Below are positions 10,083-18,502 of a DNA stretch of 64,000 nucleotides, in pieces (the first letter of the stretch is position 1; the number at the start of each line of letters is the position of its first letter). The DNA is taken from assembly GCA_965262915.1 (NCBI GenBank), contig OZ253564.1, positions 2,368,001 through 2,432,000 of the forward strand. The letters are read 5' to 3'. This DNA comes from Candidatus Spongiisociaceae bacterium. Its GTDB lineage: Bacteria; Actinomycetota; Acidimicrobiia; Spongiisociales; Spongiisociaceae. The notes under the pieces were generated by a model. It was given only the letters and a program-made list of their open reading frames with translations, was not told the DNA's origin and searched no databases. The translations under genes were made by a program, and so were the position numbers.

Positions 10083-11066
10083 TTGGCCGATTCGGACGAC
10101 AGGAGTTCTCCGGACGAGCGTTCTGGTCCGGACGATCCCCGCCGCGTGTTCGTGCGCCCGGCGGAGCCCACTCCGGTGACCGAGGCAATGGTCACCCCCC
10201 GCACCACTCCCTCGGATCCTGAAGAGGCCGAAGAGATCGAGGTTCGGTTCTGCCAGTCATGCGGCCGGCGGAACACCTCCGGCGGTTCCTACTGCCTGGC
10301 CTGCGGGGTCAGGTTCCTCCGCCCTGACGCGCCACCGGCGGAGCTCTCCGAGGCGAGGGACGAGCAGGTCACTCCCCAGCCGACCGGTGATCGACCCGTG
10401 GTGGGAGTGACCGAGTCGCCCACGCCCTATTGGGACGAGGAGGACGACCTTGCAGGCCCGCCGGCAGGGTCGTCCCCGACCCTGAGGCGGGTTCGTTTCC
10501 TGCTCGTCATGATCGTGGTCGTGGCCATCCTCTTCCTGGGGTTCAACGCGTTCCAGAACAGGGACACCGAGCCGGTGGAGGAACCGGAGCAGAACGAGGC
10601 TGTGGCCCCGACCGTGGCCGAGGAGCAGCCCACGACCACCCTCCCCGCACCCGACGATACGGAGTTGCGGCTCTACGTGGTCCAGATCTCGGCAGTGGCC
10701 GACGATGTGGCGGAGTTGACGGTCACGGGCCGCGAGGTCAACGATGCGTGGGACAACCGCACCCAGGACTACGACACGACTCGCGAGCAGATGAGCGCCC
10801 TGGCGTCGCGGGCCGCCGCCCTGCCCGATCGACTGAGCGCTATCACGCCCCCCGATAGGGCCGATCCCATCGGGCACCAACGGCTGGTCAGGTCGCTTTC
10901 GACCCTGGCTTCAGCCGCCGAGGGGATGAAGGCCGGGCTCGATTCTCCGGATACGGGGGAGACCCGGCATTCCGAGTTGGCCCGCTTCGAGGATGCCTCC
11001 AGCGAGTTCGGGGGGTTGGTAGCGGAGTTGGAAAGTTCCACTGGGAGCCCGCCCGGGTCTGGATGA
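10083..11066 (+). CDS. Hypothetical membrane-anchored protein with zinc ribbon and helical exported domain
   Basis: CQSCG...YCLACG, one TM (FLLVMIVVVAILFLGF), helical C-terminus; probable TTG start behind CAGGAG. Confidence 0.65.
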   Translation: MADSDDRSSPDERSGPDDPRRVFVRPAEPTPVTEAMVTPRTTPSDPEEAEEIEVRFCQSCGRRNTSGGSYCLACGVRFLRPDAPPAELSEARDEQVTPQPTGDRPVVGVTESPTPYWDEEDDLAGPPAGSSPTLRRVRFLLVMIVVVAILFLGFNAFQNRDTEPVEEPEQNEAVAPTVAEEQPTTTLPAPDDTELRLYVVQISAVADDVAELTVTGREVNDAWDNRTQDYDTTREQMSALASRAAALPDRLSAITPPDRADPIGHQRLVRSLSTLASAAEGMKAGLDSPDTGETRHSELARFEDASSEFGGLVAELESSTGSPPGSG

Positions 11067-11931
11067 CAACCGCCGCCAGGATGATGGCACCGCCGATGAT
11101 CGTCGTGCCGGCCACCGTTTCCCCGAATGCCCACCAGACCCAGATGGGAGCGAACACCACCTCGGTCATGGAGATCAGGATCAACTCGGCCGACCGCAAA
11201 TACCGAGAACCGGCCGTGTAGAGCGCCAACCCGCCGGCCAGCGCCACACCCCCCAGATAGAAAACCACCACGAGGTCCAACCGGCTGATCCCCCCACCGT
11301 CGATGAGCCAACCGGTCGTCACCAGGATCAGGGCCCCGGCGACCACGACCGACGGGAGCATGTCCACCTGCTTGCCGCGGCGCTGGAACACGGTGAAGGC
11401 CGCGAAGCCGAGCGCCGCACCGAAGGCGAGCACGGTGCCCCTCAGGCTTCCGGTGTCCCCACCCGTGGAGGTCATCACGGCGACGCCGCCGGCGGCCATG
11501 CCCATCGTCAGCCAGGTGGTCCTGATGACGGGTTCCCTCATCAGCAGCCACGCGAGCAAACCCGCCAGTACCGGGGCCGCGCCGAGGATGAGGGTTACCT
11601 CGGCCACCGTGCCGAGGGTGAGGGCGTAGACCATGCAGCACGATGAGAAAGCCAGGGAGGCCGCACCCATGAGACCGTTCGAGCCGATCCTGACGAAAGC
11701 CTGCACGAAGCCGCGAGGATTGCGGGCGGCCACCATCGCACCCACCACGAGGATCTGCGCGATGGAGCGGTAGAAGAGGATCCGCCAGGGTCCGGCGGAG
11801 TCCATGAGCCGGACGCCGAGACCGAGCGTGCTCCATAGGAGGCCGGCCGCCGCGACCAGCGCGATCCCCCGTGACCGAGAGCCGAGGGCCCCACCCGTCG
11901 AAGCCAAGATACCCGGACCTGACCGGGTCAA
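10888..11931 (-). CDS. DMT/EamA family transporter
   Basis: About 10 TM helices, EVVFAPIWVW...GE motif; TTG start overlaps the hydrolase stop; long 3' tail overlaps the convergent gene. Confidence 0.8.
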   Translation of the reverse strand: MTRSGPGILASTGGALGSRSRGIALVAAAGLLWSTLGLGVRLMDSAGPWRILFYRSIAQILVVGAMVAARNPRGFVQAFVRIGSNGLMGAASLAFSSCCMVYALTLGTVAEVTLILGAAPVLAGLLAWLLMREPVIRTTWLTMGMAAGGVAVMTSTGGDTGSLRGTVLAFGAALGFAAFTVFQRRGKQVDMLPSVVVAGALILVTTGWLIDGGGISRLDLVVVFYLGGVALAGGLALYTAGSRYLRSAELILISMTEVVFAPIWVWWAFGETVAGTTIIGGAIILAAVVIQTRAGSQWNFPTPLPTPRTRWRHPRSGPTRNAGSPPYPENRARPSSPRRLKPGSKAT

Positions 11932-12764
11932 CCGCCGGGCCCGACCCGGCTCCGGATCCATGCCGTGATGTCGTTGACCAGCGGGAGCCCCTGGGGCTCG
12001 TTTATGGATCCGTGCCTGATACCGGGGTACACCCTCCGCTCCACGGACGGGCGTTCGCCCAGCGGCGCGCTCACGTCCGGAGGCACGAGGGTGTCATCCG
12101 CACCGTGGAGTACCAGGGTAGGGGCGGTGTACAGATCGAGAGAGCGGCTCACCCGGTCCATACGATCCAGCAGGATCGCCCCCAGACGCACGGTCGTCCG
12201 GGTGACGGCCAGCGGATCGGCCAGGTAGTTCCGGACCGTCTTCGGATCGGAGAAGATCTCCTCGGGGTAGATCGGGTTGGCCAGCGTCAGGCGGGGTACC
12301 AGCCTTGCCAGCACGGGCGCTCCTTCCCGCTGCCAGGTCGGCACGACCGCCCCGATCGCCGGCGCGTTGAGCACCACCAGGTCCGGTTGGCGATGTCGGG
12401 AGAGGGTGTAGTCGACCGTGATCAGTCCCCCGACCGAGTGGCCCAACAACACCACGGGGAGCTTGGTGGCGAAGAGCGAGACCAGGTTGTCCAGCACTTG
12501 TATCAGGTAGGTGGACCAGCGATCGATGTCGGCCCTTCCTCCCCCCGACGCCCCGAACCCCTGGAGGTCGAAGGCGTGGGTATCGATCCCGGCCGCGGCC
12601 AGCCGGGCGCCGCTGTGTTCGTAACGGCCCGAGTGCTCGGCCAGGCCGTGAACGATGAGGGCGGTCGCCCAGGGGTCGGAGGCCGGCCATCGCCGGCGCA
12701 GTTCCGTGACGCCCGTCCGGGTGGTGACGATCTCCATCATGCTCTTGTTGGTCGCCATCGACAA
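11928..12764 (-). CDS. Alpha/beta hydrolase, lysophospholipase/monoacylglycerol lipase family
   Basis: VHGLAEHSGRY, DLQGFGASGG, GHSVGG nucleophile elbow, LHGADD, H..NEP. Confidence 0.88.
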   Translation of the reverse strand: MSMATNKSMMEIVTTRTGVTELRRRWPASDPWATALIVHGLAEHSGRYEHSGARLAAAGIDTHAFDLQGFGASGGGRADIDRWSTYLIQVLDNLVSLFATKLPVVLLGHSVGGLITVDYTLSRHRQPDLVVLNAPAIGAVVPTWQREGAPVLARLVPRLTLANPIYPEEIFSDPKTVRNYLADPLAVTRTTVRLGAILLDRMDRVSRSLDLYTAPTLVLHGADDTLVPPDVSAPLGERPSVERRVYPGIRHGSINEPQGLPLVNDITAWIRSRVGPGG

Positions 12765-12876
12765 CGCTCCCGATCGGCTCCGCTTGGAAGATGTGACGGT
12801 ACTGCGGCCGATTCTACGACACCACGAGCCAGGATCGATCCCGGTGCGTCACCGGCGTCGGATGACGGGAACCCTC

Positions 12877-13320
12877 CTAACCGGCGCCGGCCCGGTCGCT
12901 CAGGCGCACGACCCGGGGTGGTCCGGGGAACCGGACGGGGGCGCGTACCGGCTCGCCGGTTTCGTCGTCGAGTCCGTACTTGGCCACCAGGTGCAGATAG
13001 TCGCGTTGGTAGAGGATCTTGATGTTGATGTCGGGATAGAGCTCACGGAGTCGCCGGACCTTGCGGTTCTTCTTCGTGACCAGTTTTTGGTTCATCGTGG
13101 TGATCTCGACGTAGATGTCCTCTTCGGGGAGGTAGAAGTCGGGTGTGAACAGCTTGGCGGGCCGGCCTGCCTCGTCCCATTCGACCGGGAACGATCGGGG
13201 CTCGTACTCCCATCTGACCTCGTAGAAGTCCAGCAGGCGGGCGAACTGCCGCTCGCTCCGATGGGCGAAACGGATCGCTGCCGCGAGGTGAGGATCCGGG
13301 GTGCGTCTACCGTGTATCAG
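12877..13320 (-). CDS. Conserved hypothetical protein with PD-(D/E)xK-like nuclease fold; probable CTG start
   Basis: Frame extends upstream of the listed Met: FAHRSERQFARLLDFYEVRWEYEPRSF...FTPDFYLPEEDIYVEITTMNQKLVTKKNRK; no ATG/GTG/TTG upstream; CTG overlaps the merR TGA. Confidence 0.7.
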   Translation of the reverse strand: MIHGRRTPDPHLAAAIRFAHRSERQFARLLDFYEVRWEYEPRSFPVEWDEAGRPAKLFTPDFYLPEEDIYVEITTMNQKLVTKKNRKVRRLRELYPDINIKILYQRDYLHLVAKYGLDDETGEPVRAPVRFPGPPRVVRLSDRAGAG

Positions 13321-13898
13321 GTTGCGCCGGCTTCCCGGCCGGTTCCCGGTTGCGTGGCTTCCCGGCCGGTTCCCGGTTGAGCGGACTCTACTTCCACCGG
13401 GAACAGTTCTAGTGTCTCACCTTCGAGGTCACGTTGAACCTGTCCGACCGCGATGGCGAAGACACCTTGACCGCGCCGAAGAATGTCCATCAGGTATTGC
13501 TGTGTCTCGTCGGAGCTGTAGCTGGTCCAGATGTCTATCCCGTCGGACAGGAGCGTCGAGTCCTGGAGAGGGTGGTCGGTGTGCGTCTCGGACTGGAGCC
13601 AATCGACGGCCTTACGGATCTTGGCCAGGCCGACCCCTGTGTCGAGCAGCCGTTTGATCACCCGGAGAGCTACGAGATCGGTGAACGAGTAGAGGCGCTG
13701 GGTTCCCGAGCCTTCCGCGGCCCGCAGTGAAGGTTTGAGCAGGTCTGTTCGGGCCCAGTAGTCGAGTTGCCGGTAGGAGATCCCCGCCACCTTGCACACC
13801 TGGGGCGCCCGGTAACCGTGCGGGACGCCAACCGTGGCGCCGACATCGATCGAGCTGTCCATAGACCTTCCTTCCCTGGCCATCGGTTCCTCCGGCAT
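13317..13898 (-). CDS. MerR family transcriptional regulator (Rv1830-like)
   Basis: GISYRQLDYWART.L.PS.R.A.GSGTQRLYSF.D, GQGVFAIAVG; start may be 13862. Confidence 0.88.
   Translation of the reverse strand: MPEEPMAREGRSMDSSIDVGATVGVPHGYRAPQVCKVAGISYRQLDYWARTDLLKPSLRAAEGSGTQRLYSFTDLVALRVIKRLLDTGVGLAKIRKAVDWLQSETHTDHPLQDSTLLSDGIDIWTSYSSDETQQYLMDILRRGQGVFAIAVGQVQRDLEGETLELFPVEVESAQPGTGREATQPGTGREAGAT
13329..13379. repeat. 24-bp direct repeat, period 27 bp, in the merR 3' end (QPGTGREA x2)
   Basis: ggcttcccggccggttcccggttg at 13329-13352 and 13356-13379. Confidence 0.85.
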
Positions 13899-14089
13899 CG
13901 CGGTGGCAACCGAACCGACCGACGCAGACCGCAGCGCGTCGCCACGGCTTACAGCTTCGTAATTACCTGCCCGTCACAGGCACGATAGACGATCGGGAGG
14001 CAGCTATCAACGGTTTCTGTGGAAAACTCTGGTCTGCGGTCGGTGGTCGGTCGCGACCGGGATCGTGACTAAGCACCGGGGGGCTTTCG

Positions 14090-14300
14090 GTATCGTCAAT
14101 ATGATTCGTTCGACTTGATGGCTGAGACCGAGCCTGTGCGTTTCCCAAACGGCGAACAAGGCGGTTGTGGTTGTCGGCTCCCCACGGATACGGGTCGCCG
14201 AAGTCGACCAGCCAGAGTTCGTCAACCGATACCATCGGCCACCGAGATCGACTCCGCCTCCTCCAAGTAGGCCAACCATGCTTCACGGTCGTTCCGAGTA
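14090..14300 (-). pseudogene. Remnant of a PemK/MazF toxin and the 3' end of its antitoxin
   Basis: Antitoxin-like tail EAWLAYLEEAESISVADGIG* overlaps MVSVDELWLVDFGDPYP/GEP ... NRLVRRLG ... SHQVERIILTI, spread across frames with the middle missing. Confidence 0.6.
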
Positions 14301-14394
14301 CCGCTTGTTCCGCCGGCTGCCCACCGCCACCGGCGATTATCAGGTCACCGGCTCTTGATGAAGGCTTCGATCGCTTCCGGCCACCGGTTAATGC

Positions 14395-14880
14395 TTACGT
14401 CTGGAAGTCCTCGGGGGTCAGGTTTTCGAGGAACTCCCGGAAGCGTTCCACCTCGGCTTCCTGCTCCTCGTCCTTTATCTCGATCCCGGCATTGTCAAGG
14501 ACATCGGTCGTGGCGAAGAGCGGCGCGCCCGTCCGGGCCGCCAGTGCGATCGCGTCGGACGGGCGGGAACTGACGTGGAGTTCCTGGTCGTTCTGGGTGA
14601 GCACCAGGTCGGCGTAGTACACGCTGTCGCGCAGTTCCGTGACTGTGACCCGGGCCACTTGGCCTCCCAGTACCTCGGTGGTGATACGGAGCAGGTCGTG
14701 GGTGAAGGGTCGCGGGGTGGTGACGCCTTCGAGGGCGTAGGCGATGGCGGTCGCTTCCATGGCGCCGATCCAGATGGCCAGATACCGCTTACCACGCGAT
14801 TCTCGGAGCAGAACAATGGGTTGGTTGGTCGGGTACTCAATCCGTACGCCTACCAGGTCCATCGGAACCGTGTCGCTCAT
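14395..14880 (-). CDS. Bifunctional nuclease family protein (DUF151, Rv1829-like)
   Basis: PIVLLRE, IWIGAMEATAI, PRPFTHDL, SSRPSDAIALA, EVERFREFLE. Confidence 0.92.
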   Translation of the reverse strand: MSDTVPMDLVGVRIEYPTNQPIVLLRESRGKRYLAIWIGAMEATAIAYALEGVTTPRPFTHDLLRITTEVLGGQVARVTVTELRDSVYYADLVLTQNDQELHVSSRPSDAIALAARTGAPLFATTDVLDNAGIEIKDEEQEAEVERFREFLENLTPEDFQT

Positions 14881-15470
14881 GGCTTGAGACTATCACCACG
14901 CGCCGAGTCCGCAACCTCGAACAGGACGGAGGGGTCCTCCGTGAAGCGGGCGAAGTCGAGGACGGCCCACAAGGACGGCAGGTTGCGGAACCATCCCTTC
15001 CAGTCGAGGCCGTATCCCACCAGGAACTCGTCACCGACCTCGAACCCCCGGTATCCGATCGGCACATCGACGATCCGGCGCGATGTCTTGTCCAGCAGCG
15101 CCACGGTCTCGAGGCTGGCACAGTTGCGGGCCTCCAGGGTCCGGCACAGGAGATGGTGGGTCAGGCCCGTGTCGACGACATCCTCGACCACGAGGACGTG
15201 ACGATCCTCGAGGTTGGTGGCTGTGTCCATCGCCAGCCGTACCCTTCCTCCCTGGCCGAACCGGGTCAGAGCCAGGAAGTCCGTCTCGCAGTGGATCGAG
15301 ACCTGGCGGATGAGGTCGGCGTGGAAGACGAGCGAGCCGGACAGCACGCATACGAGCACCGGCTCGAGACCCCGGTAGTCCCGGGCTATCCGTTCGCCGA
15401 GTTCCCTCACGCGAGCGGCGAGGATCTCCTGCGGCACGACCTCGGTGACGATCTCGTGGCGGACGGTCAT
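14877..15470 (-). CDS. hpt: Hypoxanthine phosphoribosyltransferase-like protein
   Basis: VLVVEDVVDTGLT PRPP motif, LLDK, FLVGYGLD..RNLP; ATG overlaps the carboxypeptidase stop. Confidence 0.78.
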   Translation of the reverse strand: MTVRHEIVTEVVPQEILAARVRELGERIARDYRGLEPVLVCVLSGSLVFHADLIRQVSIHCETDFLALTRFGQGGRVRLAMDTATNLEDRHVLVVEDVVDTGLTHHLLCRTLEARNCASLETVALLDKTSRRIVDVPIGYRGFEVGDEFLVGYGLDWKGWFRNLPSLWAVLDFARFTEDPSVLFEVADSARGDSLKP

Positions 15471-16615
15471 GTCTCCCCCAGGATCCAGTCCCAGTAGCGG
15501 CCGATCCATGCCAGCGCGTCTCCCATGCCGGGCAGCTCCGGTATTCGCTCGAACTCCCGCACGACCGGCGCCGTCTCCTCCTCCGGCTCGGGTTCGGGAA
15601 GTGGTTCCTCCGCCTCGGGCACGGGTTCTCCTCCCGGGTCCACCGCCACCCGGGCCTCCTCCGGTTCTTCGGCGATGAACAGTTCGAAGTCCGCCTCCGG
15701 TCCCCGGTCGAGACCGGCCACCAGCGGTCTTCTGGCGTCGGACGTGGCGGGCACCAGGGTCATGGGGCTGAACTCTTCGAATCCGTAGTCGAGCAGGGCG
15801 ATGGCGTCGCCGAAGTGGTCGGTGGAACCCAGCACGACAGCGTAGAGCCGTCTCCGGTCCCGCTCCGCGGCCGCCACGAGTGTCAGGGCGGCGCGGTCGG
15901 TGTAGCCGGTCTTGATGCCGATGGCGCCGGGATAGTTGGCCAGGAGCTCGTTGCGGTTGAGAGCAACCCGCGGTTCCGCGTCGGGAGTGGCCGGCAGGTT
16001 GGCGCTCCGGGTCTGCACGAGCCGAGCGAAGAGCGGGTTATCCATGGCGGCGACGGACAGGGTGAGCAGATCGCGTGCCGAGCTGTAGTGATCCCGGTGA
16101 TCGAGACCATGGGGATTGACGAAATTCGAGTTCACCAGACCGAGCCCGGACGCCTTGGCGTTCATCAGATCGGCGAACCTTCCGACCGATCCGGCCGCAT
16201 GTTCGGCGAGGGCCACCGCGGCATCGTTGGCGCTGTGCAGTATCAGGGCGGCCAGCAGTTCCCCGACCGTCCAGGGTGGTTCGTCGGCGACCAGGCCGAT
16301 CTCCGATTCCCCCGCGAGGGCTGCGGTGTGGGTGATCTCCACCGGCTCGTCGGTCTTCTCCTGCTCGAGGATCACCAGCGCGGTCATTATCTTGGTGGTG
16401 GAGGCCACCGAGCGGCGGACATCGGCGTCGCGTTCGGCCAGAACCTGCCCGAAGGTGTCGTCGTAGAGGATCCACGACGCCGCCGTGACCGAGGGTGGGT
16501 CCGGTGCGACCAGCCCGTCGTCCGGAGGAAGGGTGGCGTGACCGGCCGGGATAACGCCGAGGGGCATCACCAGCGTGGTCAGCACCACCAGGATGGCTGC
16601 CCCGGTACGCCTCAT
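15467..16615 (-). CDS. D-alanyl-D-alanine carboxypeptidase (peptidase S11)
   Basis: Signal peptide, ASTTK (SxxK), SAND (SxN), NPHGLD, KTGYT. Confidence 0.9.
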   Translation of the reverse strand: MRRTGAAILVVLTTLVMPLGVIPAGHATLPPDDGLVAPDPPSVTAASWILYDDTFGQVLAERDADVRRSVASTTKIMTALVILEQEKTDEPVEITHTAALAGESEIGLVADEPPWTVGELLAALILHSANDAAVALAEHAAGSVGRFADLMNAKASGLGLVNSNFVNPHGLDHRDHYSSARDLLTLSVAAMDNPLFARLVQTRSANLPATPDAEPRVALNRNELLANYPGAIGIKTGYTDRAALTLVAAAERDRRRLYAVVLGSTDHFGDAIALLDYGFEEFSPMTLVPATSDARRPLVAGLDRGPEADFELFIAEEPEEARVAVDPGGEPVPEAEEPLPEPEPEEETAPVVREFERIPELPGMGDALAWIGRYWDWILGET

Positions 16616-16623
16616 CGAGAAGG

Positions 16624-17319
16624 TCAATCCTCGTCGAGGATCGCCCTCACCTCCGCCAGGAACAGCAGGTCGATCAGCCGCCTCATCGCTTCGGCTCCCG
16701 TTGTCAGGTTCTCGACGGCCTGGCGACGGGCTTCTGGGCTCCGATTGCGGCGCATGGCGAGCGTGAGTCCTTCGAGAAGCTGGACATGGCGGAGGACCGC
16801 GTTGCGGATGATCCGGAGGTGCCTGGCTTCGAGCCCCTGCTCCAGGAGGACGCCGCACAGGCGGGCGACGGCGACGTCTCGGTTGTCGAACCTGGGTACC
16901 CCGTCCCCTTCGGCAGGTGCGAAGAGCCCGTGGCTGACGAGTTGGCGGATCTCGCTCCTCGAGACACTTGCCCGGCGGGCGAACTCACCGAGATCCAGGA
17001 CCTCTACGGAGGGTTCAGGTGACGAGGAGGTGTCGCCGGCCTCCGCCCGCTCCGGGTCGGCTTCCCCACCCTGCTCCCACCGGGCGAGTTGCGACTTGAT
17101 CACCTTGAGGGGCAGGAAATGGTCGCGCTGCTGGCGAAGTATGAACCTGAGACGGCTGATGTCACCCGGGAGGAACTGGCGATAGCCGGAGGGCGACCTG
17201 GTGGGATGGATCAGGCCCCGGGTCTCCAGGAACCGCACCTTCGACATTGTCAGGCCGGGGAACTCCTCCTTGAGCAGGTCGGTGACCCTACCGATGGTAA
17301 GGGCCGAGGTGTCGCTCAT
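16624..17319 (-). CDS. MerR family transcriptional regulator (FtsR/Rv1828-like)
   Basis: SKVRFLE.RGLI.P.RSPSGYR, QRDHFLPLKVIK, GLEARHLR. Confidence 0.88.
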   Translation of the reverse strand: MSDTSALTIGRVTDLLKEEFPGLTMSKVRFLETRGLIHPTRSPSGYRQFLPGDISRLRFILRQQRDHFLPLKVIKSQLARWEQGGEADPERAEAGDTSSSPEPSVEVLDLGEFARRASVSRSEIRQLVSHGLFAPAEGDGVPRFDNRDVAVARLCGVLLEQGLEARHLRIIRNAVLRHVQLLEGLTLAMRRNRSPEARRQAVENLTTGAEAMRRLIDLLFLAEVRAILDED

Positions 17320-17753
17320 CGCCCTCGGGCCACCAGGAGATGGAAAGTCCCGATCATCAGCGTGTCGCCGGCGCGGAGCGGTGCTTCCTCGACCAGGCGG
17401 TCGTTCACGTAGCTCCCGTTGGTGGAACTGAGGTCTCTTAGGGACAGCCCGTTCGAATCGAGACGGATACGGCAGTGCCGTCTCGAGACCGTGATGTGAT
17501 CCAGAGCTATGTCGCTGTAGGGGTGCCTACCTACCCTGGTGACTCCGGGCAACAAGAGCCACGTCCTGCCCGCCTGCTGGCCCTTCCGCACCACCAGCGC
17601 GTATTCGGGCGCGTCCGATGGGGTGTGCACGCCTTCGCGGACCGGCGGGACGACTCGGGTCTCCTCGTCGGAAGGATCGAGAACCATCGTGAGGTCGGCT
17701 TCATCGTCGTGTTGGACGAAGCCTTTGTTGGATTCTCGCTCGTGATCCGCCAT
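17316..17753 (-). CDS. FHA domain protein (GarA/OdhI-like)
   Basis: GRHPYSDIALDHITVSRRH, DLSSTNGSYVN; syntenic with the garA-ftsR cluster. Confidence 0.82.
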   Translation of the reverse strand: MADHERESNKGFVQHDDEADLTMVLDPSDEETRVVPPVREGVHTPSDAPEYALVVRKGQQAGRTWLLLPGVTRVGRHPYSDIALDHITVSRRHCRIRLDSNGLSLRDLSSTNGSYVNDRLVEEAPLRAGDTLMIGTFHLLVARGR

Positions 17754-17884
17754 AGCGTGATTGTAGGTTGGGCCGACTGGTATGGGACGCCTTTTTGGGG
17801 GACGATGGTCCCGAGATCATCCGGGGAGACTGTGGGCCGAGGTTCCTACGAGGTCTCAAGATCCTCCATCGGTCGGTCGTCCGT

Positions 17885-18502
17885 TCAGGGCCGTCCGGAT
17901 CCCTCTTCGCCGACGAGGCGTATCGAGCGGCGCATGTCGCCCAGGTACTGCCAGGACACGATCAAGTAGAGCAGGAGACCTGCGCCGCCGATCAGCCCTC
18001 CCGGCCACTGCCAGAAACCCGGGGCGATCCCGGTGCCCGCCAGGTAGTAGAGGGGTACGGCCAGGAACACCAGGCCGGTAGCTACCTTGCCGAGCTGCCG
18101 GACGGGGACCCTCAGCTTGAGTTTCGATAGGAGGTAGAGGGTCATCAGGCCTATCACTGCTTCCCGGGCCAGCAGTGGCCATCCAAGCCACGGGGGGACC
18201 AGACCTGCCAGGAGGCCGCCGACCACCGAGGCGAACACCACGAGACGGTCGGCGAGCGGGTCGAGGAACTTCCCGATCTCGGAGACCTGTCCGAGTTTGC
18301 GGGCCAGGACGCCGTCGAGGTAGTCGGTCGAGGCGATCACGCCTAGGAGGACCGCGGCCACGCCTGGGTCCTCCCTGCCGAGCAGGACCCACAGGAAGAA
18401 GGGGATGGCGACGATCCGGAGAACCGAGATGAGGTTCGGGATGGTCCACGGTCCGGCGTCCGGCTCGGGTCCAGGCCGCTGGCTGGGAGTGGATACGTTC
18501 AG
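17885..18502 (-). CDS. CDP-alcohol phosphatidyltransferase (PgsA2/cardiolipin synthase-like); probable CTG start
   Basis: WTIPNLISVLR lies upstream of the listed start; TDYLDGVLAR..GQVSEIGKFLDPLADR; CTG 18502-18500 overlaps the oppF TGA and follows AAGGGAG. Confidence 0.82.
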   Translation of the reverse strand: MNVSTPSQRPGPEPDAGPWTIPNLISVLRIVAIPFFLWVLLGREDPGVAAVLLGVIASTDYLDGVLARKLGQVSEIGKFLDPLADRLVVFASVVGGLLAGLVPPWLGWPLLAREAVIGLMTLYLLSKLKLRVPVRQLGKVATGLVFLAVPLYYLAGTGIAPGFWQWPGGLIGGAGLLLYLIVSWQYLGDMRRSIRLVGEEGSGRP

